A DNA stretch of 64,000 bases, taken from positions 43,896,001 to 43,960,000 of the forward strand of contig NC_091988.1 in assembly GCF_044704955.1 (NCBI RefSeq), in the 5' to 3' direction. This DNA comes from Pristiophorus japonicus. Taxonomy: Eukaryota. Shown piece after piece: positions 49,880 through 61,324 of the stretch (position 1 is its first letter; each line of letters starts with the position of its first letter). The notes under the pieces were generated by a model. It was given only the letters and a program-made list of their open reading frames with translations, was not told where the DNA came from and did no database searches. A program made the position numbers and the translations under genes.

Positions 49880-51923
49880 CCTCCTCGGTGCATTCAGTCG
49901 GCCTTGCCTCGGGTAAGTCCATGCTTCTGGACAATGGCGGAGTGACAGCTCTGGTGTCAGAAATGGTGTAATCCTGAGAGGCAATGGGCTCAATGCTGGC
50001 ACATCCTGGTCCGAGGAACCTGTGCCACTCCCCAGGGGCAGCACACCACCATCGCCACCAATCTGAGTGAGCGCAGGTCGGTGGTGTGGCGCAACACCGT
50101 AAGGTCCCCCGTGGACCGTGGTGGACCCAGTGCGATGGCAACACTCAGGTTTAACATGACATCCAGCTGAGACTGCATGACAGGTGACACAGTCTCGAAG
50201 CCACCAGAGAAGACAGCAGTAAGACACTCTGTGGCCTGTTGCTCAGAGTGTACAAGAGCATTCTGAGCTTCCAGGGCTGAGGCCATCCTATCCAAAGCAG
50301 CAACGATACGCTCATTCCCTTGCGCCTGTGCTGTAATTGCAGCTGCCACATCCCCAATGAGTCACGGCATCACAGCTGGATCCACACAGTTACTCTGGGA
50401 GTCCGCCATTGTCCGCACACTGGCAATGAAGGGCTCCATTGTGTGTGCAGAGCTGTTGACAATCCAGGAGGTGTTTACTCCTCCCGCTCCTGACCAGTTC
50501 CGACAGTCTCCTCGGGCACCCTTGCCGCTGGCCCCAACATCTGGGAATGCATGGCCTCCACCCTTCTTTCATAAGTCCCAACATCGATGGGCTCGTCTGA
50601 GTCCTCTTCAGCAGAACTCCTGTGCGCATTCGCCCCCCGGAAAGATGGCACCCGAGGTTCCCTTTGCCCCTCACCATGATGCAGCCCACTAGGCCCGGTG
50701 CAACACCCAGTGCAGACCCCTCTGCTATCTTCAACTGATGTGACTGCGTACTCCCAGTATCTGAGCTGGAGCGTGTGAGTGTAGGAAGCAATGACGCGGT
50801 GCTGCCAGCAGTGTCCCCCTCTTCCTCCGCCTCATCGGACATCGCGCCAACTGGCCTCCAGGGTGTCATCCAGGTCCGCACTCCCAATGGCCTCTAGGGT
50901 GTCGGCATGGCTCTGGCACCAGTGCCCTCAAGGCTGTTGTCCAGGCTTTGGCTCCCAATATCATCATGGCCACAGCTGCCACTGCCCTCAAGGGTGTCTT
51001 CCCGGCTTGGCCTCCTAATATCATCATCAGGCCTCTCCCTGGCTTTGGCTGTCAGTGCCCTCAAGGCTGTCATCCTGGCTTGCAGTCTCACTTGCATCAG
51101 CGTTCTGTCCCTGGCCTTGGCTCACACTCGGGCTCTCATCTACAAGCATAAATGGCACAAGGGCTGCCGTGAGGGGGAGGTAGGGCATTGACGCATGCAG
51201 GCTACAACTTGCACACTATCATAAGCAAACACACAGTAGGCGCTGGTGCTTTTAGGGAGAGATGACATTAACGGAAGGCCTTCACTTACCCATGCTGTCC
51301 CCAGCAGGATCGGCATGACTGGCAGCCACAGGGAAGGCAAGATGTGGGCCCACTAGCGTCTGGACCCTTTCTTCCAGGGGAGTGAGCTGCTGTATATCAG
51401 CCTCGCCACCGCCAGTCCTCTGTTGCTCCACTCGGTTGTGAGCAACCTTCACCTGCAAAACAAAGGCGGCTTGCTGAGTAGCAGTTTCATGAGGCCTCAG
51501 CAATGAGTGCACGTGTGTGCCCATTACATACAGCTGTAACTCTGACATAAAAGGGAGCCTCCATTGCGAGAACGCACATATATATACAAGCCTCAACAAT
51601 CAAATGCTGCTTCAGTGACTATATAGTGAAGGTGGGAAACAAGAGAAGAATGAAGGAGAGGCTCGCAGATGGAAGGTGAGGAGTTGGGGGAACATGTACT
51701 CACTTTCATCAGGTGCATTATGTTGTTCAGCCTTTTGTGGCATTGGGTCACAGTCTGGTCATGAATGGAGCAATCTCTCTCCAGGCATTTGTGAAAACTT
51801 TGCGAGTCGGTCTGCCTGTATTGGGGTACAAGGCGCACCTCCTTCCCTCCACAGCCTCCACGAGCGTCTCCAGTTCGGGGTCGGAAAATCTGCTGCCCTA
51901 CTTGCTACTGCTGCATTAGCCAT
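49880..51923 (-). pseudogene. Harbinger Myb/SANT-like gene (exons 51704-51923, 51290-51452, 51139 downward); last exon interrupted by the Gypsy
   Basis: 'FSDPELETLVEAV', exon 2 'VKVAHNRVEQQRTGGGEADIQQLTPLEERV', canonical splice sites; the exon appears to continue at about 45640-45750. Confidence 0.82.
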
Positions 51924-52167
51924 GGCCTCCACTCAAACGGTTTCCCTGCTCAGGGCCTAGCTGTAAACCCTGTCCTTTAAGAAGGCCAGGGAGCAGCTGA
52001 TTCGTTAACAGCAAATCAGCAGTAGGTGAATTTCGCGGACTAAATGCTACTTCGCACCCACACTGCTGCAAACTGCCGATTCCCGCCAGACAATACCGCT
52101 CCACTCCATTTTTTCAGCAAAAATGCTGAATTTTGATCCAATGGCTGCCGCAATCATTGCGGCATTA

Positions 52168-52902
52168 ATAGAAACATAGAAACATACAAACATAGAAAAT
52201 AGTTGCAGGAGTAGGCCATTCGGCCCTTCGAGCCTGCACCGCCATTCAACAAGATCATGGCTGATCATTCCCTCACTACCCATTTCCTGCTTTCTCTCCA
52301 TGGCCCTTGATCCGCCTTTTTGAATATATTTAGTGAATTGGCCTCAACAACTTTGTGTGCTAGAGAATTCCACAGGTTCACCACTCTCTGGGTGAAGAAG
52401 TTTCTCCTCATCTCGGTCCTAAATGGCTTACCCCTTATCCTTAGACTGTGACCCCTGGTTCTGGACTTCCCCAATATTGGCAACATTCTTCCTGCATCTA
52501 ACCTGTCTAAACATGTCAGAATTTTAAACGTTTCTATGAGATCCCCTCTCATTCTTCTGAACTCCAATGAATATAAGCCCAGTTGATCCAGTCTTTCTTG
52601 ATATGTCAGTCCCGCCATCCCGGGAATCAGTCTGGTGAACCTTCGCTGCACTCCCTCAATAGCAAGAATGTCCTTCCTCAAGTTAAGAGACCAAAACTGT
52701 ACACAATACTCCAGGTGTGGCCTCACCAAAGCCCTGTACAACTGTAGCAACACCTCCCTGCCCCTGTACTCAAATCCCCTCGCTATGAAGGCCAACATGC
52801 CATTTGCTTTCTTAACTGCCTGCTGTACCTGCATGCCAACCTTCAATGACTGATGTACCATGACACCCAGGTCTCGTTGCACCTTCCCTTTTCCTAATCT
52901 GA
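52168..52902 (-). mobile_element. CR1 LINE 3' fragment
   Basis: ORF 52265-52882; (ATAGAAAC)n tail. Confidence 0.95.
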
Positions 52903-53447
52903 CAAATGACCGGCAAAAAGCGATAGGTGCGCCCCGATTCAGGTGGTGGCGAATTTCTACCCCTTAATCTATTTGGTTAAAGTTAAGGAACTTAAATGGA
53001 GCTATTACTTTGCTGGTGTTTATTATAGGCCCCCAAATAGTGAGAAGGAGATAGAGGAGAAAACCTGTAGGAAAATTTTAGAGAAATGTAAAAATAATAG
53101 AGCAGTAATAGCAGGGGCCTTCAATTACCCTAACATAGACTATTGGATTTCAATACCCAACATGGCTGCAGCCAATGCGGAACAGTTTGGCTCTCTAACC
53201 AACCTGTTCGCCCAGATGCAAAACCAGAGGGCTCCTCCACATATCTTGAGATGTACCTATTCACAGACATTTTGGGCCTGGAAAGCGAGTCGTTCATTGT
53301 AATTCCTTCCAAAATGAGGGCTATCATTCTCTTGCATATTCTGAGCCATGCAGTGTTATTTTATGTTATTGATCCTCTGGGTCCTACTTTCACAATACGT
53401 TTATTCAAGATATATTTTGAAGCTCATTCAGAAATGTTGCAAATATT

Positions 53448-54126
53448 GGGCCTATAATTCCAGTCGGCGGCTACCTTTGGACGAACACCTGCGACCCGAA
53501 ACTTCTCTTTGAAAGTACCTGGTGGTCCCAGAGGCGCCTTGGATTACGGTCGGAGATCTTCTCTTCCCGCGCTTCGCAGCGCGTCTACGTCTTGGAGATA
53601 CGTACGCAGAAGCTGGAGTCACGTGGGACTGGACAACCAATCACGGTACAGTATTCTCATTGGTAATAATGGGAACTCCGTATCTCCGAGTTCCTATTAC
53701 TATCAATGAGAATAACCCCCTAAAACACCCAAACACAACATAAAAAATAAATACACACCTCACATATTTAACATTAATTGAAATTAAAGTTAATTCATGT
53801 TTTAGAGAAAAAAAGTATTTTGGGAATTTTTTTTTAAAGAGTTTTAATAGGGTTTAAAATTAACTTACCCGAGTGGACAGGGTTTTTAACATAAAAATGT
53901 GTTTTTAAAATTTTATTTTTATATGCTTTAAAATTCTTACGCTGGTAAAAGTAGGCTTTGCGCCTGCTTTTACCAGGCAAAAGAGTTTGAAGGACATTCG
54001 CTGGACAAGAAATGGGCAAATAGCCCAATTTCGCCCGCGTGAATGTCCTGGCTGAGGGGATACGGAGGATCTGTCAAGAGAAATCATATTCCATACGGAC
54101 CCAGTGAGGCCGGGATTTCAGGGCCA
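53448..54126. mobile_element. Harbinger MITE, family B
   Basis: TIRs GGGCCTATAATTCC / GGGATTTCAGGGCCC, exact ATT TSD, second copy at 59285-60496. Confidence 0.87.
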
Positions 54127-54254
54127 TTATCAATCTTTTATTGTTTATTGAGAACACTATAGAATTATATAATTCAAATAGTTTAATTAGGAACATGAGA
54201 TGGATAGATATTTTTTTCTGTACAATATGATAGGCTTATTGTTTTAGAATCATA

Positions 54255-56890
54255 GGGAGCGAAATTGCCCCTTACTCCGATTGGGGGCAGTAACCTTTTG
54301 GGGCCAGGACCTTTATTGCCCGGCCTGGAAGTCCCGCCCCGACGCAGAATGGTCCGCGTAGCACTGACATGCTACAACGCCCAATCCCTTAATTTTAAAC
54401 ACTTCTATCACTTTGCCTCGCCTCGTCAAACAGAATATTGTGACCTGCATGATGCAACAGCACACTGCCTGTTGGGAGATTTATCCGGTATCTCCTACTG
54501 TTGCTTGAAAGAATCTCCCCTGGTACAAAAGTTCAAAACAGCTGTTAACTTCCCATCATTGACCGAATTCCCTGCTATGGAAGTGATTTCTCAGTCTCAC
54601 TGCTGAAGTAATCGAGCATCCTCCTCCGAAACATGCAAATCCAAAATGGTACCCATATCGGCTGCACACAACAAAACATCTCCAGGGAATCACGCAGAGC
54701 TAAGGTATGGAGTGCAGCTTTAAAAAGTTGAAAGTAAGTTCAATTCAGGTACAAAAGTTAAATAACAAAGCAATTAAGTAGCATAAAACATTGAAAAAGG
54801 TAGAAACATCTATGCCATAAGTCCAAATAAATATAAGAACAAATAAATATAAGACACTTCATGAGGAAAGGGGTCTTCTTTGCAGTGCCTGTTTCATACG
54901 GGCACTGAGCATCTGAAGCATTGTTTAGGTACTCTGCTAAAATTGCATTAATTGACATGTTTCAAACTTTTAATGAACCTAGTGCACAACATGGCCGTGA
55001 TTCCGCCGCCCACAGCGAATTGGGTCCGGCCAGCATTGGTGGCGTGTGGGAAAGCCGCTCCCGACTCCATCCCACCCTCTCAAGCAATCTGTCGTTGATG
55101 GGGCTTGTTAAGTTCACCCTGCGGGGTTCCCAGCTAATTAACAGGAAGCCGGTCTGATGACGTCATCTGATGACATGTCATCAGCCGGTTTCATTAAAGG
55201 GACCATGCGCACATTGATTTTGACAGTTCTTCAGTTCTGCAGCATTGAGCTGCTGCAAACATTGACAAGCACGGCTGCACCTCGGCTCTCCCATCACTCA
55301 TGCCAGGTTCTCCTGTAGGGAGTCACAGCACGCAGGAAGGTCCTCTTCCCTTCCAATGAGTGGAAGAGACATCCCCAGGACACCAACGCAGCCTGGTTGC
55401 ACATTGCACAGGAGGGCACAAGCAGGGATGTCGTCAGGAGGACTTAGGTGCAGTGGTGCAAACCTTTCAATGATCTCAGTCGATCATGAAAAGTTACTGC
55501 AAAACCACCCTCAACCTCATCCTGCTGTGCCACTCATCACATCTCCATCACTCTGCCTTCCCTACCCTACACATCCTTACTCACACCAACTTACCTTGTG
55601 CCTCCGCCCATCCATCTCTCTCTCTGTCTACATTATCACATCCCCATCTCACTAGCCACCCCTCACACTCACCCTCATCCTTGTCCAATCATACCAACTA
55701 ACAACACACAAGGGTAGGCACTTGGGTCCTTCAGCCAATTTTCAAGGAAAGTTAATGTTGATGTGTTGTTAGACATTGAAATCTTTATTTTCAGCACTTT
55801 GCATTCTTGGGCAGATCGTGGGCATCTTTGGCTTAGTGAGTTGTAGTGAATGGTGAGACATAAGGGTACCCCACGCAATAGTGATGAGTGTGAAAGGAAT
55901 GGCTTAGGCATTGCAGGGATGCTTTATGGAGCTGGTGTGGGGTGGTACCAACTTGGCGCATCATTTGGCAGCCAGGGTGTACAGAGTCAGTGAAGTAAAT
56001 GTGGCCATGGTGAGGCCATCCCTGGCCTCCCGGGCATCAATGTGATCGGGTGCTGATGCCCTGTATCCTGTGTAGCAGCAGCTGATTGCGGAGAAGGTGG
56101 ATGTTGTTGTTGGTGATGCTGGTGCGTTTAGTGATGTTGGTGTTGGGGCTGATTGTGGTGGGATTCTGAGGACCAAGGTGAGATTTTTTCAAGGGCACTG
56201 ATGCTGCTGGAATAGATGGCAGGTGAGGTTGAGGTGACAGAAGTGATCTGTCAATGGTGAGAGAGGTTGCTCCAAGGGGGTGACAGTGAATAGAGAGTTC
56301 TCTGCAAACACTTCCAAACTTTATACAGGTCAAAAGTTTCTTCCAAATCATGAAGGCTTCAGCTTCTGACATTGGAAAGTGAACAGCTGTGAAATGGTAG
56401 CTTTTATACCACTTCTGCAGCTGTCAACTAGCCAAAGTAATGGAGAGTCCTGAGAACCCGACTCCACTTACCTGGCATGTTCCCTGAGGGACGACAAACC
56501 CGTCAAAAGTTTGGTAAAATTGTAAGTGCCTAATTTTAATCCTCTTAAATAGCAGTCAACTACCTGTCAACTATCTTAATTAGCTGGCCCATTGCTTGCT
56601 GTCAGGTCTGCGATCCTCACGCAGTCCTGACGGGTCAGAAACTGACATGGAGGCGAGTTTAGAGCGGGATCCTGACCCACTGTCAATCCTGGCCATTTTG
56701 ACAGCATATCAGCCTCCAAACCCGCACTCGCAGGAATGAGAAGATTCCGGCCCATGTGTGCAGGCTCCCATTTGAAGGTGCACTGTGGAGGCCTCAAGCT
56801 TCAAGCCTCTGCACCACATAATGTGGGGTGTCAATGCCCAATGCATCGTAGTGCTAACAATGCTGAAGATCACATTACAGAATTTCACCC
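54255..56890. mobile_element. Probable old Harbinger-derived element(s), with an inner degraded copy at about 54993-56753
   Basis: TIR-like GGGAGCGAAATT at 54255 and GAATTTCACCC ending at 56890. Inner GGCCGTGATTC / GATTCCGGCCC with a decayed Myb trace (aggacttaggtgcagt..ttcaatgatctc). Boundaries are uncertain. Confidence 0.5.
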
Positions 56891-58399
56891 TCGTATATTG
56901 AGTAGCTGTATGAGGGGTAGCAAGAGGTTAAGTAGTTGTCAGTTCTGGATTTTGACTGAATTTGAAACACAAGTTGTGTGGATCCCAAACTGTTTGTTCA
57001 ACTCGGGCATATCCACCACAAGTCCGTCAGGAGTGTGGCAGAAGGACCTTGAATTAGGCGGGGTTCCCAGCTTCCCAGTAGGGTTGTCAATCCTCCAGGA
57101 ATTAAAGGCCAACCTGCAGGATACTGCTACAAGCAGCCCAGGAGAAAAATCAGAGGAGCAATAAAAACATTGTGCTGTTACAAAGAAAATCTTGTTTGAA
57201 CACTTTTGTTTATTAGTTTAAAAAAAAGGGCTGTTTGACTGACAGTCAAGAATCATCCAGTCAGGAATTGCTTTTCAATTGGCGTGGGAATGCGGTGCAC
57301 CGCGACTATGGACATGTTGAGTGACGAATGGCAGGAGTGCGGAGAGTGGGGCAGTTGGAGGCGGTAGGCCCATAAGAATATGCCCAATCAAAATTGGCTA
57401 CCTTGCTTCCTAGCTCGTTTCCTCGGAGCCTTGTTTGAGATGTGGCCAGGAGAGTGAAAGCAGGCATACCAGATTGGCATGTTTGATGGCTGTCCAGAGG
57501 TCCAGGCCTGGGTCATGATCTGGATGCTGAAAGAGGTTATACATTTTTTTTAAAGTATTTTTTGACCCTCATAATGGGCCAATGGGACACAATGGGCATG
57601 TTTCCAGGGGTTGAGGGCTGGGGCAGATACACAACATGTGCCTCTTGATGCACCGGTACTGCCGGCGATATTTTACTGAGAAAACCTGCTCTCCACTGGA
57701 TACTCCGACAGGGACAGTGTCAAAAGTTCTGGCAGCCTCATCCTGGCACATATGCTAGAATATCACCCCCATGAATTTTCAAGGCAGCTTCGTTGGCAAC
57801 CAGCGTTCGCAGATTGCAAATTTATATTATGATTATTTGTGACCATCTCTTCCTGGCATTGTAGCTTCTTGTAGTCGTGACATATTACCTGTCCGAGAAA
57901 TCATTTTTGTAATGGAATAGGTGCCGCTTCCATCCCTGGCTGTGATCCCTTACAGCAGGACTGTGGTACAGATGGTGGTGAAGGTATTTTAAATAAGGCT
58001 GGCAACCTTCCAGTGACAAGATTTAGAATCAAGTGTTTCCATGTCCATTGTACGGGAAATCCTTTTGCCAAGAAATTTGTAATACACCATCTGCTGATGA
58101 TTATATTTTTATCTTTTTGTCATATACCATTGACAAAATGTGATCATCTATCCTTTGGAGCATCATTTAACAGCTTCAACTGCCACTGTGAGAATTGGCT
58201 AGAAAGCAAAAATAAAACAAACCACGGCCATGTTGCAGTCTCATTTATCGTTGCTGGTAATTGCACCTAATGAACTCATTCTCCAACCACAGGTAATGGT
58301 GATTTACATCTAGCAGTGACTGGCTCACCTCAGAGCACTCAAAAAAAAAACACCAGGTAGAACTGATCTACGTCTAAGCAAATTGTTCATCAGTATCTG

Positions 58400-58695
58400 A
58401 TGACATCGCTGAGAGGGCGCAGAACATGTTGAAGGGGAGGGCGGTGGGTAACAGCCAGAAGTCGTGGTCCATGTGGGAACCAATAGGTTGGGAAGGAAAG
58501 GGGTTGAAGTCCTGCAGTCACAGTTTCAGGAGCTTGGGAGGAAATTAAAGAGCAGAAGCTCAAAGGTAGTAATCTCTGGATTACTCTCACTGCCATGTGC
58601 AAGTGAGCATAGGAATAGTCAGATAAGACAGGTTAGCACTGAGGAAATGGTATATGAGGAAGGACTTCCGATTCCTGGGGCATTAGGGCCAGTTC
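58400..58695 (+). mobile_element. CR1 ORF1 fragment (SGNH/esterase-like)
   Basis: 'VVVHVGTN..G....VL...F.ELG.KLKSR.SKVVISGLL'. Confidence 0.8.
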
Positions 58696-59270
58696 CGGGT
58701 AATCTCTTTGCTGAACACCTCTATTCGGTCCGCAAGCGTGACCTTGAGCTTCGGGTCACTTGCCATTTTAATTCTCCTTCCCACTCCCACTCTGACCTCT
58801 CTGTCCTCGGCCTCCTACACTGTTCCACTGAAGCTCAACAGAAGCTCAATGAACAGCATTTCATCTTTCGATTAGTCGCTTTACAACATTCGGGACGCAA
58901 CATTGATTTCAATAACTTCAGATCATAACCACTGCTCCCATTTTTTTGGACATCGGGTAACAGTTCTGCTGTTGCCATTCCTGCATACCCATCTTTTGCT
59001 TCTTTGTTACCCATTACTACTCCCTTTTGCCTTGCATTTTGTCATGTAATCACCTGCCTTCCACCCTCCCTTTTGTTCGTTCCTCCCTTCCTCCTCCCCC
59101 CCTCCCCCCACTTCTTCCCTCAAATGAACTTGCTTAAAAACTTTTAAATCTCCAACTTCTTCCCGTTCTGATGAAAGGTCATCAACTTGGAGCATTAACT
59201 CTGCTTCTCTCTCCACAGTCGCTGCCTGCTCTGCTGAGTATTTCCAGCATTTTCTGTTTTTATTTCTGTT
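58696..59270 (+). mobile_element. Penelope-like element 3' fragment (GIY-YIG C-terminus and terminal repeat)
   Basis: 'FAEHL.SVR......V.CHFNSPSHS.SDL.V.GL........EQH.IFRL..L...G.N', followed downstream by a CTGATGA hammerhead-like motif. Confidence 0.8.
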
Positions 59271-59284
59271 TGTATTAACCCAGT

Positions 59285-60496
59285 GGACGTGAAATACCAG
59301 CCTTGCCAGGTCCATATGGAGTGTACGGACCCAACGAGGCCTCGTAAAAGCCAATTTTCCAATCTGTCAAGTTTTAGCAAAGGGCCCGAACTCGCTCAAA
59401 GCCAAGGCCCACCCAAGTGTCGTCCAAAGGATCGCCGATGGCCGCCGAGAGACCGGGCGGTACTTTGCCTGGAAGATTCCTCTAAAAGAGGTGGCAGTAC
59501 CGTCTGGTGGCCAAACAACAGCTTATGCTGTCAACCTGGGCGGCAGCGGGCGGGCGCTCTCAATCTCAGCGGCAAAGGCTCTTGCCGGCCAAGTGCCGCC
59601 AAAGATGGAGTTGAGCCCAGGGAGGGTGGAAGACCTGCAAATAAAAATCATATAAAATAAAAAAAAATACCGGACCACCTTTAGGAGACTCCATCCAGGT
59701 ATGTCGCAGTAAAAACATGTTTTAAACAGGTTCACTAACCTATTGTTATCCGCTCTTCGTACCTACCGTTGGGGTTAGAACAGCCTCCATGCAGCGGTCC
59801 TTCCCCCTGCTGGCGCCAACTCCCGCCGATTCCCACCCGCACCAATCTGATAGCTCGGTGGGCAGGAGGCCACTTACACTACTTGGCTGCAAGAGGACCT
59901 CAGCAGGAGGTTCCTGGTGGTACTCCCCTCCCGCCCACTCCAGCCCAAGTGGAAAATGGCAAAGAGGGGAGATCGGCAGCAAAACTCGGCGGCAGTGGGC
60001 GGTAAGGCCACCAATATCGGGTCCATAAAAATTCAATTTAAATACATATTTTTAGAGTAAAAACCTTGCCCATTAAGGTAAGTTTATTTTAAACCCTAAA
60101 AAATACGTTAAAAAAAATCCAAAAAGTATTGTTTTTTCTAAAACATTAAATAACTTTAATTTCAATTAATTTTAAATATGTGAAGTGTTTTTTTAATTTA
60201 TTATGTTGTGTTTGGGTGTTTTAGGGGGTTATTCTCATTGATAATAATAGGAACTCGGGGATATGGAGTTCCCATTACTATCAATGAGAATACTGTACCG
60301 TGATTGGTTGTCCAGGCCCATGTGCCTCCACCTTAGATGTACGTACCTCGAAGATGAGGACGCACTGCGAAGCGCGGGAACCTTCCAGAGAAAAACAGAA
60401 TCGCAGGAGGGTGCAGGAGCAGAAGGTAGGTGCGGATCGAATATCTTGCTTTCAGGCGAACGCCTGCAGGAAGCTTCCAACCGGGATTTCAGGGCC
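59285..60496. mobile_element. Harbinger MITE, family B (inverted relative to 53448-54126), interrupted by a family A MITE
   Basis: Ends GGACGTGAAAT / ATTTCAGGGCC with an AGT TSD; 60025-60496 is the reverse complement of about 53448-53920. Confidence 0.8.
59382..60024. mobile_element. Harbinger MITE, family A
   Basis: TIRs GGGCCCGAAC / ATATCGGGTCC; shares 'ggtccttccccctgctggc' and 'aaaactcggcggcagtgggc' with 21600-22217. Confidence 0.85.
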
Positions 60497-61324
60497 AGTA
60501 TTGTAAGAGTTTCAAGAAGTACTTCAACTTAAGTTAGTTTGACAACAAGGATTCTTTGTTATTGAACTTAATGTGGAAAAATTAAGCCTCCATAATGGCA
60601 ACAAAGGGATATTTTTAGAGCTTAAAAGTTTTTTAAATAATGCTGTCCTTCAAGATGTTTCTGACCAAAGTAAATATGGCATATGAGGAATCTCTTGTAT
60701 GCCTTTCAATTAAATCTGTAGTAACTTTTGATTTTGCTAGCCTTTAATCCTGCCATCAACCTCAACAATTTTAACACATCATTTTTATTTAATACATAAA
60801 ATATAGATTTGTATCTCAGGACAAAAGGATTGTTTAATTACTGCCATATAAAGTTAAAAAAAATTAAAAGGATGGGAGAAGGCACATTTTAAATTTAAAG
60901 TGATTTTTAATTTTTAAATAAATATTGATAACAAGCATAGAACAAGGTCCAAGCAGCTCACCAAATAGTATCAGAAAAAATATACCCCGGGACACCTAAA
61001 AAAAGGTCCCACGAATTTAGCACTTGGACCAATGCTTGCACAGGTTGGTTGCAGGTTGTCTCACTGCTAAATCAGTATACTTTTCACCTGTTGTATGCCT
61101 GAAAAATTGGTGCAATGCATACCATTTCAATCCCACAATCTCGAAGTCCAGTACCATCACTAGTTCATTCCTGCACGGTACTTGGGTTAGGTACTGGGGT
61201 ACTGGGGTACTAGTTCAGTACCATAAACGTAAGGCTGCGACACCTTATTTCACTACTGTACCCAAATAAGGGGAAACAATGGCACAGACTTTGCAGTGGG
61301 TAATAACAGTGAACGAACTGTTAA

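Larger units (their letters stand above)
42905..52963 (+). mobile_element. Two-gene Harbinger transposon (convergent transposase and Myb gene) with nested insertions
   Basis: TIRs GGGGCCGAAATTC / GAATTTCTACCCC; flanks TGA/TTA; transposase on the plus strand, Myb gene on the minus strand. Confidence 0.9.
42640..53145 (+). mobile_element. CR1 endonuclease fragment split by a Harbinger (pieces 42640-42904 and 52964-53145)
   Basis: 'NARS..K...ETWL...G.AIL...EGSKTE' joins 'SIWL...GVYYRPPNS...GAFNYPNID'. Confidence 0.85.
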
